From a virus: a stretch of 32,000 nucleotides of DNA. Location of the stretch: IMG/VR virus record IMGVR_UViG_3300045988_147192, positions 56,187 to 88,186 of that record, one strand, 5' to 3'. Positions 17,160-25,294 of this stretch are shown piece after piece. Made by a program: the position numbers and the translations under genes. Each line of letters begins with the position of its first letter. Within the stretch, counting starts at the first letter, position 1. Under the pieces are notes generated by a model. That model was not told where the DNA came from and searched no databases. It saw only the letters and a list, made by a program, of their open reading frames with translations.

Positions 17160-18707
17160 TTATACAGCCATTCCTTCTTGATCTGCATGGGTCGCTTCGT
17201 ATTCTAGACGATTATATTTTCTCCAAATCATTCCACGCCTTGTTCTTACAATTTTTACTTTGTCTAATAAATTATTCTTTAATAATTCATATTCTTCTGG
17301 CTTTATATTTATAGAAGGGTATTTGACTGTTTGTGCTTTATACGTAAATCGTATTTTGAAATTACCATTAGGTAGTTTTTGCATGGATTCTACTTCTGCG
17401 ATATTTCCTTTATGCTTTCCACTATTTATGTAAATTAAATCTCCACATTTCAAACAATATGAATTACAAACAAAAGTGCGTTTACCAGGTTTAATTTTCT
17501 TACCACGAAATTGTCTCATATTGTTTATATATTCTTTTTGCGTGACTCGTTTAGACGGAGCATTTGGAAGCCTTTCCTTATATAATGTATTTCCACTTTT
17601 TTCTTTTCCATCACGTACATCTATGTATTTTGCATCACTAAATGTCTCCATACTCCTGTCATTGCATCGTTTTTGGTCTACAATATAGATATTCTCCGTT
17701 AGTGTCACATCCTTGTAATCATTAATACAAACAGCATCCGTATAATGAAATTTTCTTAAACCGGCATTCCTTCTATTAATTTTTGTTTGATATCCATACC
17801 CAACTTTGACGTCATATTTGCCAGAAAGCCTTTCAAAAAGTTCCCAACGAACCATATTCATATAAGTACTGTCTTTGTATGTATCCGATAACTTCATACT
17901 CTTAACTTTCTCAAAATATTTATTGTCGTTATTATTGGAATGCACCTTCCGATGACAACTATGACATAAAGATATTAGATTACTTGGTTTATCGGTTCCT
18001 CCCTTTGAACGCGGTTGGATATGATGAACTTCAATCACAACATTTTTATTTGCGCCACACAACCGACATGTATGTTTATCTCTATCTCTAACATAAGCTG
18101 CTGCATTTTCATATCCTTTCATTTCTCCATTTTGATAATCTTTTCCTGATATTTCTTTCCCGTCAGCCAAAGCTTTTATCATCTGGATATCAAATTTAGC
18201 AACTTCTACAATTACCTTATCTACTGGAACCCATGACGCAATTTTATCTATTAAACGAATATGTGAATCAATTTTATGTTGTATTGATGGAGCAAACCAT
18301 CCTTCTTCATTTCCATTTTTATATGTTGGATTATGTACGGTTTTGTAATCAACATTTTTATTTTTCCTGTACCTAATTCTGGATCTTCGTGTTCTTCGAT
18401 ATCCATTTCGATTTGTTAATCTATCCGACATTCCTTTTAATAATTCGACTTGTCCAGCTAAATACTCATGATAATTATCACTGACAGAAAATCCTATATT
18501 CAAATATCCGCTATCAATTTTTAACTCGAAAATATCCCTATTTTCGAAATCACTCTTATAATCGTCTATTCGTTTTATTACTAATGGATCATGATTAATA
18601 ATTTTTGCTTTATTATTTCTAAGCAAATAACCAGCTCTACCGTTTAAAATCGGTACACATGGTTTATTATTTTTATCTACTACTAAAGTAAAATCTAAAT
18701 ATTGCAT
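17160..18707 (-). CDS. iscB: IscB-like protein (RRXRR N-terminus, RuvC and HNH nuclease domains)
   Basis: VVDKNNKPCVPILNGRAGYLLRNNKAKII (PLMP-type region); ELKIDSGYLNIGFSV (RuvC-I); NGYRRTRRSRIRYRKN (RRXRR); VDKVIVEVAKFDIQ (RuvC-II); CRLCGANKNVVIEVHHIQPRSKGGTDKPSNLISLCHSCHRKVH (HNH); GLRKFHYTDAVC (RuvC-III); C-terminal GDLIYINSGKHKG. Confidence 0.9.
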   Translation of the reverse strand: MQYLDFTLVVDKNNKPCVPILNGRAGYLLRNNKAKIINHDPLVIKRIDDYKSDFENRDIFELKIDSGYLNIGFSVSDNYHEYLAGQVELLKGMSDRLTNRNGYRRTRRSRIRYRKNKNVDYKTVHNPTYKNGNEEGWFAPSIQHKIDSHIRLIDKIASWVPVDKVIVEVAKFDIQMIKALADGKEISGKDYQNGEMKGYENAAAYVRDRDKHTCRLCGANKNVVIEVHHIQPRSKGGTDKPSNLISLCHSCHRKVHSNNNDNKYFEKVKSMKLSDTYKDSTYMNMVRWELFERLSGKYDVKVGYGYQTKINRRNAGLRKFHYTDAVCINDYKDVTLTENIYIVDQKRCNDRSMETFSDAKYIDVRDGKEKSGNTLYKERLPNAPSKRVTQKEYINNMRQFRGKKIKPGKRTFVCNSYCLKCGDLIYINSGKHKGNIAEVESMQKLPNGNFKIRFTYKAQTVKYPSINIKPEEYELLKNNLLDKVKIVRTRRGMIWRKYNRLEYEATHADQEGMAV

Positions 18708-18725
18708 AATTTTCTCCTTTTAATT

Positions 18726-18939
18726 AATAACTCGACTTATAGTCGGTAATACTCTTTGACAATGTTATTACAAGTTTTTATGCTTAAATCACTTGCGACA
18801 AGTAAGTTAGACGTAACGCATGTTTAAATCTAAACGATATAATTTGATACTAGAGTTACATATCAATATATTTTCTTGTAATAACGTAGATTAAATCTAA
18901 GTCTATTTTTATTTAACGTCTTAATTTTATAGAGTTATT
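18726..18939 (-). ncRNA. Candidate omegaRNA (HEARO-type) upstream of iscB
   Basis: Minus-strand long-range stems: AATAACTC/GAGTTATT (18932-18939 with 18726-18733) and GTTATTACAAG/CTTGTAATAAC (18875-18885 with 18764-18774). Hairpins TTGATA/TATCAA, ACTTG-TCG-CAAGT, CGACT-ATA-AGTCG. Possible pseudoknot AGACGT (18916-18921) with ACGTCT (18809-18814). Confidence 0.6.
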
Positions 18940-19059
18940 TTATTTTGAGGATTTGCAACCCTATAAAATTACATTCCTCTAAAACTCAACCTATTAATTT
19001 CTCTTTTTGAAGATCATCGTGATCTGGTCGCCAAACTTTCTCATAATGGTCTTCTATGT

Positions 19060-19107
19060 ATACTATATATAGTGGTTTTATTTTCGCTCAACCACTATAT
19101 ATAGTAT
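19060..19107. repeat. Perfect 18-bp inverted repeat, 12-nt spacer
   Basis: atactatatatagtggtt (19060-19077) ... aaccactatatatagtat (19090-19107); each arm also contains the self-palindrome actatatatagt. Confidence 0.9.
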
Positions 19108-19228
19108 TTATTTTCCCATGAAATCAGTCTTTCATTCAGAAGAAACTCTTCGATGTCGGACACCTAAAGCATGATACACACTGTACCAAATCACACATGT
19201 GATGCTTTTTAATAAAGTCCTTATCTGC

Positions 19229-19321
19229 AGCTTATTCGTCTGTAATTACTGTTCCACATTCATCCATATTCTGGATCTCATGTTCTTCGTAAACCTTTCC
19301 TGAATATTTTCCTAACCTTTT
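19229..19321 (-). CDS. Possible 30-aa microprotein
   Basis: Manual translation MKRLGKYSGKVYEEHEIQNMDECGTVITDE*, AGGTGAG upstream; not in ORF track. Confidence 0.4.
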
Positions 19322-19340
19322 CATTCGTCTCACCTCTTTT

Positions 19341-19823
19341 CTATTTCGTTTCTGTTTTGATAGTCACTCTTTTGTTTAAAAGTACTTTTTTATGTTTTAC
19401 TCCCCCTTCGATATTCTCCGTTTGAATCCTTGTAACTTTCACTGGACTATATCCATATTTGGTTGCACACATTACTAAATCACCAACTTTGAGATTTTCA
19501 AGGAAAGATTTCCAGTTCTTATTTCTACGAATCTCCCAAGTATATTCCTGGCTTGTTGTACCATTAGCGTGAATATGTACTCCATTAATCAGTGCAACAG
19601 GCTGGCCTTTATACACAGTTTGAACTGTCTTAGCACCATTTCTTTTCATGATAAGATAACGGATATATCCATCTACAAGATAACCATTCTTATCCAGAAC
19701 AATTGGCTTGTCTTGATGATTCGTCAGCAACCAATATTTCTCAACTTTTTCCATCTTTTCTGAAGATGGATGAGAAGCAAGAAACTGATCTGAAATTTTG
19801 ATATCTTCAATGTTCATCTGCAT
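19341..19823 (-). CDS. ParB-like nuclease/sulfiredoxin-fold domain protein
   Basis: IKISDQFLASHPSSEKMEKV...KPIVLDKNGYLVDGYIRYLIMKRNG matches the ParB-like 'xPIVxxxxxxLVDGxxRxxxA' pattern. Confidence 0.7.
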   Translation of the reverse strand: MQMNIEDIKISDQFLASHPSSEKMEKVEKYWLLTNHQDKPIVLDKNGYLVDGYIRYLIMKRNGAKTVQTVYKGQPVALINGVHIHANGTTSQEYTWEIRRNKNWKSFLENLKVGDLVMCATKYGYSPVKVTRIQTENIEGGVKHKKVLLNKRVTIKTETK

Positions 19824-19841
19824 AATATCATTCTCCTTTCT

Positions 19842-21389
19842 TTACGCTGCATTTCCATTTTTAACAAGATAATTCTCAAAATCTCTCTGCATAAATCTAA
19901 AATTAACGCCATCATTAGAGCTGTATTCCTCATTGGAATTCTGATACACTTTAACCCATTCTTCAAATTCCTGATCTTTTTCTTCATTACAGGCTTTTGC
20001 AACAACAGCAATCAATGCTTTGTAGCAATTCTGATACAGAGATGATGTTACTTTGACAGAATCTTCAATGATATCCTTATATAATTCAATATCATCAGAA
20101 TCTACATTTAAGGACGTCTTTTCCATAACAAATCCAATCAGTTCATCATCCGAGAAGTCTTCTTTAGAACTATCCGTTTCTACCGGCTGTTCAGTTTCTT
20201 CCGTAACTTCTAGCTCTGAAATATTATTCTCTTCTTCATTTGCTACATTTTCAGTTTCTTCTTCGATTGCTACTAATCCATTATCAGTAACAAATTTTTC
20301 CAACAGAGTATGTAAAATAAATAATTTATCTTCGATAACCACACGATCTTTCGTAGACTTGCTTGCGTCTAAATCATTCCATGTCGTGATCAACGTTTCG
20401 TCATCATGTGGAATCTCTACGGAAACATCGGTATATGTATTGAAATTATTCAAAAATTCTTTAAAAATTTCATCTTTAACTCCATTTTTCATACAACGAT
20501 CAAAGAACATAATCCAAATTAAAGAATTTTTTGTAGTAAACAGTGCTTCAGATGTATCTAAGGATGTAACTGTCATTAAATGATCCAGTAATTCTCTTGC
20601 ACTGTTGAACATTTCATCAGTTGCGTTCTCGTTTAAATATTCTCCAATCTTTCTTGCGTTTTTTGTCCAATTGTCCCAAAAATTAAGTGCCATTACAATT
20701 TCTGCAATAATCTGGTTAATCTTTCCGTTTTTATGTACTGTTGGTGTAAAGTTTGCGCGATCAGACCAAAAATCATGTTCTGCCAATGCTTTTACACGTC
20801 TACCAACGTTAAGCATTCTTGTAAGAAGAATCTGTGCTGGTTTCATTTTTGCTCCACGATTATATCTCCTTAAATGACGAGCCATTTCTTCCGGTGTACA
20901 GTCGAGATGTTTTACAATCTTTACAGGGCAATCATCAAAATTTTCTTTCAACTTTGGAGGAAGATCAGCATAACCTTTATTCTTCAGAGAAAAGGTAACT
21001 TCGTCATACATAATATCTCCATTGTCATTTCTAATAAAAATACCATCTTTATCTCTTCGAGCTTCCTGATATGTGATCTCATTCGGATCAATATTCGCCC
21101 CAAGTTTAAATCCGCCAGCTTTGAAGTCTGAAATATATGTATACTTCTGTAAGCCGTCAATAATCCAAAGTGTTACACCTGTAGGAGTAATCTCTTCGCA
21201 GATTTTCAGAGCATCAAAATCTTCATTTAATAACATCGTAACAATAAAGTTATCACGATCTGAATGTTCCCACTGGTCAATGTCTCGCTGCAGGAAATAA
21301 TCAGATCTAAGCTCTCCTCTCTCTGCCATGTCGCATACCTTTTTGCACATCCAAGTTTCTTCTTTAACTTTGTCTCGTATTAATCTCAT
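19842..21389 (-). CDS. DUF262/ParB-like domain protein, 515 aa
   Basis: DYFLQRDIDQWEHSDRDNFIVTMLLNEDF... TLWIIDGLQKYTYISDF (DGxQR-like motif); CTPEEMARHLRRYNRG. Confidence 0.75.
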   Translation of the reverse strand: MRLIRDKVKEETWMCKKVCDMAERGELRSDYFLQRDIDQWEHSDRDNFIVTMLLNEDFDALKICEEITPTGVTLWIIDGLQKYTYISDFKAGGFKLGANIDPNEITYQEARRDKDGIFIRNDNGDIMYDEVTFSLKNKGYADLPPKLKENFDDCPVKIVKHLDCTPEEMARHLRRYNRGAKMKPAQILLTRMLNVGRRVKALAEHDFWSDRANFTPTVHKNGKINQIIAEIVMALNFWDNWTKNARKIGEYLNENATDEMFNSARELLDHLMTVTSLDTSEALFTTKNSLIWIMFFDRCMKNGVKDEIFKEFLNNFNTYTDVSVEIPHDDETLITTWNDLDASKSTKDRVVIEDKLFILHTLLEKFVTDNGLVAIEEETENVANEEENNISELEVTEETEQPVETDSSKEDFSDDELIGFVMEKTSLNVDSDDIELYKDIIEDSVKVTSSLYQNCYKALIAVVAKACNEEKDQEFEEWVKVYQNSNEEYSSNDGVNFRFMQRDFENYLVKNGNAA

Positions 21390-21409
21390 AGTATTACTCC
21401 TTTCTTTTC

Positions 21410-22126
21410 TTACAGATTACGTATTAATTGTTTATTTTTTTCAGAACAAATCATTTTAAATGAATGTTCATAAGTTTTTTCGGAAATATGTAAAACTTCG
21501 CAAATCTCGTATTTGTTATAACGATTTGCAATTAACAGAGCGATTTTCTGCTGTAACGGCGAAAGTCTATGTAAAAAAATTCTTACCTTTGGATGCCATT
21601 TTTCATCTTCCGTCTTTTCTTTTTCACAAATGAGTTCTTCCAAATTAAAACGAGAAGCGACAAGTTCTTCCACATTTCTTGTTTTTCCATTTTGTTCATC
21701 GTTCTGAATTGGAGTATCTAGAGAAATATTTTGAACTACGATTGGCTTATCTTCTTCATCCTTTACAATAACTCCATTTTTCATAAGTAAATTGCATCGA
21801 ATGCCACGTTCGAAATTATCTCTTCTCCATTCCAAATAGGATCGTTTAATATTTCCCATAAGAAATGTATTAAAAGATGCTTTCTTTTCATGCTCTGGAT
21901 TGTATGATTCTACTGTTTCCATTAATACAGTCATTGCATCATCATATAAATCATCGTAATATTTCTGATCCAGAGTATCTTTCAGCCAAATAGTACGACA
22001 CAACGTTTTGAGTTTTGTCATACTACAATCCATATATTCCTCGATGAGCTGCATCTGTGCTGGCGAAAAATGATATGGTTCTTTCCGTTGTTTTTTTACT
22101 TCCTCTTTTTCTTTCATAGTTATCAC
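21410..22126 (-). CDS. Sigma-70-like RNA polymerase sigma factor
   Basis: DDLYDDAMTVLMETVESYNPEHEKKASFNTFLMGNIKRSYLEWRRDN (region 2-like) and LSPLQQKIALLIANRYNKYEICEVLHISEKTYEHSFKMI (region 4 HTH-like). Confidence 0.75.
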   Translation of the reverse strand: MITMKEKEEVKKQRKEPYHFSPAQMQLIEEYMDCSMTKLKTLCRTIWLKDTLDQKYYDDLYDDAMTVLMETVESYNPEHEKKASFNTFLMGNIKRSYLEWRRDNFERGIRCNLLMKNGVIVKDEEDKPIVVQNISLDTPIQNDEQNGKTRNVEELVASRFNLEELICEKEKTEDEKWHPKVRIFLHRLSPLQQKIALLIANRYNKYEICEVLHISEKTYEHSFKMICSEKNKQLIRNL

Positions 22127-22127
22127 C

Positions 22128-22811
22128 CTACCCTTCTAATATTTTCATCGTTTCTTCGAATTTCGCAGTTCTTGGTTTATATTCGCTATATTCTCCATTC
22201 TCATTTTTGCTTAATTCATGCTGTAATTTTCCAATGGAGTATGAGTATGTAAGAGCATTCTTCATAATGGTTACTTTTCTCATACACGCCTTGACGTGCG
22301 CTCGATCAATTAAAATATGTAAAAACATATAGCCAACTTTTGCAATTTTGTGAGCCTGTGGCATTTTCCCATTATGATTATGGGCGTAAATAACCAAAGC
22401 ATGTTTAATATCACTCTCTTCAGAGTCAAGTTTTGACAAGTATGTGTTAAGCGATTCTGACATATTGCTTAGTTCAGATTCATCCCAACCGGCTAGGCTT
22501 AAGTATTTTTCTGTTTCATCCTCAATCTGATCGAGTAATGTAAGATCAACGAATACATCATTCTCTGCTAGAAAAGCACCACCGTTACCTTTTGCTTTCG
22601 GAGAAACAGATGGTGCTTTACCATCTTCTCCAACCATCGAGTATCCATGACGAATCCAACTCATCTTTTTATTCCGCGAATTTAATAAGCTCTTGGCCTG
22701 TTTGAATGTGAAGTGTTTTGCTCTAGATGACATAGTTGATGCCATATACTCGCCTGGACGCATTGGGTTTTCAATGACCCAACATTTTCCATTTGTGATA
22801 ATGTACTGCAT
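22128..22811 (-). CDS. Hypothetical protein, 227 aa
   Basis: ORF adjoining the sigma factor gene. Confidence 0.65.
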   Translation of the reverse strand: MQYIITNGKCWVIENPMRPGEYMASTMSSRAKHFTFKQAKSLLNSRNKKMSWIRHGYSMVGEDGKAPSVSPKAKGNGGAFLAENDVFVDLTLLDQIEDETEKYLSLAGWDESELSNMSESLNTYLSKLDSEESDIKHALVIYAHNHNGKMPQAHKIAKVGYMFLHILIDRAHVKACMRKVTIMKNALTYSYSIGKLQHELSKNENGEYSEYKPRTAKFEETMKILEG

Positions 22812-23082
22812 TTTTCAATCACTCCTTTTTTTATTTAGTTTTTTAAAATAGGTAACTTTAATACAGGTTCTTATTTTCATTTGAAATAATAAGTACCTTT
22901 TCGTATTTGTTATTCTCTTTTAATGAAATTGTGAAATAATAGCGAACTGCTCAAGATAGACTTGCAGAATTGCAAATTAATATGTATAATGATACTTAAG
23001 CAGGACATTGCCATTATTCGTTTAAGCTGCTCCAACACCTTAAACACATATGAATATTGCTTGTTTTGCTTGTTATGTACAG

Positions 23083-23129
23083 GAAGGGATTCATACCGTA
23101 TGCGCTCCAACGCAGGTATGATTCCCTTC
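23083..23129. other. Strong imperfect hairpin, possible plus-sense terminator or minus-sense mRNA leader structure
   Basis: gaagggattcatacc (23083-23097) / ggtatgattcccttc (23115-23129), 14/15 paired, plus inner tgcg/cgca; plus side followed by tttattttg. Confidence 0.65.
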
Positions 23130-23151
23130 TTTTATTTTGTTCGACAAAATT

Positions 23152-23180
23152 ATAATACATCGAACTAATGTTCTTGTCAA
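23152..23180 (-). promoter_or_regulatory. Sigma-70-type promoter with embedded LexA/SOS-box-like palindrome
   Basis: Minus: TTGACA (23180-23175), 17-nt spacer, TATTAT (23157-23152). GAACATTAGTTC lies at 23162-23173 in the spacer; a second box-like CGAACATTTGTTTG is at 23189-23202 (plus sense). Confidence 0.65.
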
Positions 23181-23282
23181 TATATTTTCGAACATTTGTT
23201 TGCACTACTATAATTTTGTTTTTCCTTATATTTCCATTTTATACCTCTTGACATGTATATTCCAGAGGTAAATATTTCCATT

Positions 23283-23585
23283 TTACTCCTTTAAATGTGG
23301 TAAAATAATGTCATGTGTCACACCCTCTCTTCTCATATTTTCTAAATCCTGAACAATAGAAAAAAGCTGCACATGTTCAAATACTTCACCCTCATTCATA
23401 AAAACTGATTTGGCTTTTCTAACCAATTCACACCCTTCTTCTGGTGTTGTAAGTTTCTTCATTTCTTCTTTTTGATCATAATCAATTGTGCAAATCAGAA
23501 TTTTATATTTTTTATTTTTCTTTTTTAAATTCTGTAGTTTTTCTATAGCCTGATCGATGGAGCAATATTCATATGTTGTTTTCAT
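23283..23585 (-). CDS. Hypothetical protein, 100 aa
   Basis: Directly downstream of the MazF-like ORF, 4-nt gap. Confidence 0.6.
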   Translation of the reverse strand: MKTTYEYCSIDQAIEKLQNLKKKNKKYKILICTIDYDQKEEMKKLTTPEEGCELVRKAKSVFMNEGEVFEHVQLFSIVQDLENMRREGVTHDIILPHLKE

Positions 23586-23589
23586 TATT

Positions 23590-23964
23590 TCAGTCCCCTT
23601 CCATAAGTAAGTTTTTTATACTGATAGCCATTGCCGTATCAACTTCTTTTTGTTTGGCTCGACTGATCATTCCCATTTTATTTAATAATCTTCCTTTGTC
23701 AATTGTTCTCATCTGTTCGCATGTGATCAATGAATTTTTCTTAAGTCCATTCAACGTATCTTTTTCTAAAACAACATGAGTTGGAAGATTAGGTTTTTTC
23801 TGCGATGTCAAAGCTACTACGATTGTTGTAGGAGAATAATTATTTCCATCATCGTTTTGTACAATAAGACCAGGATGTATTCCACTTACCTCAGAACCTA
23901 AAGTATTTCCAAAATCTACCCAATAGATTTCTCCTCTTTTTACTTTACTATATTTCACATCCAT
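23590..23964 (-). CDS. mazF: MazF/PemK-family endoribonuclease toxin
   Basis: KRGEIYWVDFGNTLGSEVSGIHPGLIVQNDDGNNYSPTTIVVALTS and SLITCEQMRTIDKGRL. Confidence 0.9.
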   Translation of the reverse strand: MDVKYSKVKRGEIYWVDFGNTLGSEVSGIHPGLIVQNDDGNNYSPTTIVVALTSQKKPNLPTHVVLEKDTLNGLKKNSLITCEQMRTIDKGRLLNKMGMISRAKQKEVDTAMAISIKNLLMEGD

Positions 23965-24007
23965 ACCCGGTTCCTCCTTTCTCTCTTGTTTTTCTTACGT
24001 TGAACTC

Positions 24008-24036
24008 ATTATATCAACATATCTTTAATATGTCAA
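24008..24036 (-). promoter_or_regulatory. Consensus promoter upstream of mazF with overlapping operator-like palindrome
   Basis: Minus: TTGACA (24036-24031), 17-nt spacer, TATAAT (24013-24008). Plus CATAT-cttta-ATATG at 24018-24032; related aacatatcttta repeated at 24101-24112. Confidence 0.75.
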
Positions 24037-24143
24037 TACTTAATATAAATATATCTTTATTATTTTCGCTATTATATTACAATTTATCTTTATTTACATA
24101 AACATATCTTTATGGATTTTATTATTTGATTGTGTTATAATCA

Positions 24144-24491
24144 TTGACACGGAGGTGCAATATGATTAAATTAGATATCCAACATTTAATATTGACTAAG
24201 TATAAAAGTCAAGCTGCATTTGCAGAAGCTACTGATCTCTCTTTACCATCAGTGTCAAAAATTTGTTCTGGTAATATGGCAAGTATTCGCTTTGAAACTC
24301 TTGAAAAAATTTGTGAAGCATTAGAATGCACCCCGAATGATCTACTTACTTCCGATAAAAACAAATGGGATACAAAAATTCCATCACATGTTACAGAATA
24401 TATCGATCGAATGGAACATATCTCGCAAGAAATCCAGGATGCGAATTTCCGTTATAGAGCCGCAGCATATCATAAAAAAAGCGATGACTAA
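24144..24491 (+). CDS. XRE/Cro-family transcriptional regulator
   Basis: KSQAAFAEATDLSLPSVSKICSGNMASIRFETLEKICEALECTPNDLL helix-turn-helix; GGAGG upstream; only confident plus-strand gene. Confidence 0.9.
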   Translation: MTRRCNMIKLDIQHLILTKYKSQAAFAEATDLSLPSVSKICSGNMASIRFETLEKICEALECTPNDLLTSDKNKWDTKIPSHVTEYIDRMEHISQEIQDANFRYRAAAYHKKSDD

Positions 24492-24507
24492 ACCAGCCAT
24501 CGCTTTC

Positions 24508-24702
24508 TTACTGCTCATATTCAGATCCGCTCAAATCCATTCGAAAATTGATTTCTTGTATACACCACCAATACAGTCTTTCTGCATCCTCATTATCTTT
24601 TCGATCTCGATCCGTGAAAATCATTAATTCTATTACATTTTCTTCTGACATATTTCTCAAATCTGCAGGTGTTACTGTATAGTCCAAATATTTTGGAATC
24701 AT
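24508..24702 (-). CDS. Hypothetical protein, 64 aa
   Basis: ORF. Confidence 0.5.
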   Translation of the reverse strand: MIPKYLDYTVTPADLRNMSEENVIELMIFTDRDRKDNEDAERLYWWCIQEINFRMDLSGSEYEQ

Positions 24703-24893
24703 TTTTCATTCACACCGTTTCGTTTTAATATTTCTGTTACTTGAGACACGGGAATGCAAAATCTTCTGGAAACTGCTTTCTTATCATGATATTTATCGAA
24801 ATCTTCTAATATATCTTTATCTGTCCACTCTAACTGAATGGGAGCATTCATATAGTTTTCCATTGTTCTGTCCTTTTGAAATGTCTGTTTCAT
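24699..24893 (-). CDS. Hypothetical protein, 64 aa
   Basis: 4-nt overlap with the downstream ORF. Confidence 0.5.
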   Translation of the reverse strand: MKQTFQKDRTMENYMNAPIQLEWTDKDILEDFDKYHDKKAVSRRFCIPVSQVTEILKRNGVNEK

Positions 24894-25051
24894 CGCTTAC
24901 TAAAATTCGTAAATTCCTTTGTATCCTGGAATTTCTCTCTAAAAACTGAATCTCCGTATTTTAAACATTCATAATCCCATGGATATCCTAGGTTATCTAC
25001 TTTTACGTTGAGCTGCTTACATTTCTTACAGTCTCTACTACATTCTATCAT
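24890..25051 (-). CDS. Small Cys-containing protein, 53 aa (not in ORF track)
   Basis: Manual translation MIECSRDCKKCKQLNVKVDNLGYPWDYECLKYGDSVFREKFQDTKEFTNFSKR*; 4-nt overlaps at both ends. Confidence 0.6.
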   Translation of the reverse strand: MIECSRDCKKCKQLNVKVDNLGYPWDYECLKYGDSVFREKFQDTKEFTNFSKR

Positions 25052-25278
25052 TTATACTCCTTACTTAATTCTGCCATTAATTCTGCATTCCTGGTTTCTG
25101 CTAGCTCAAATTTTACAATTCCTTTTTTTTCTAATGCGTTCATTGTTCTTGTATGAATTGGAACTCCTAAAGTGTAAGACAACCAAACAGAATTTCTATC
25201 AGTCTTATATAAATAAAATTCTTCTCGTTTTAAAAGTTCTATTGCCTCTTTCATTTTATTTGTCAAATTATTTTTCAT
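25048..25278 (-). CDS. Hypothetical protein, possible winged-helix-like region
   Basis: TDRNSVWLSYTLGVPIHTRTMNALEKKGIVKF. Confidence 0.5.
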   Translation of the reverse strand: MKNNLTNKMKEAIELLKREEFYLYKTDRNSVWLSYTLGVPIHTRTMNALEKKGIVKFELAETRNAELMAELSKEYK

Positions 25279-25294
25279 TGATTAAAACCATTTT

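Noticed and set aside
19190-19203. ATCAC-ACAT-GTGAT hairpin followed by GCTTTTT as plus-strand terminator
   Set aside because: Short 5-bp AT-rich stem and no plus-strand gene to terminate; too weak to claim.
20053-20583. 176-aa plus-strand ORF
   Set aside because: Antisense to the DUF262-like gene; serine/leucine-rich low-information composition typical of shadow ORFs.
22962-23137. Plus-strand small RNA with promoter TTGCAG-17-TATAAT and the 23083..23129 hairpin as terminator
   Set aside because: The -10 is good but the -35 matches only 3 of 6 consensus positions, common by chance in AT-rich DNA. Kept only as a possibility under the hairpin finding.
22910-23205. Overlapping small ORFs (22910..23110 -, 22962..23168 +, 23014..23205 -)
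   Set aside because: They run through the strong hairpin, use non-ATG or poorly placed starts and disagree in frame and strand; the region looks regulatory rather than coding.
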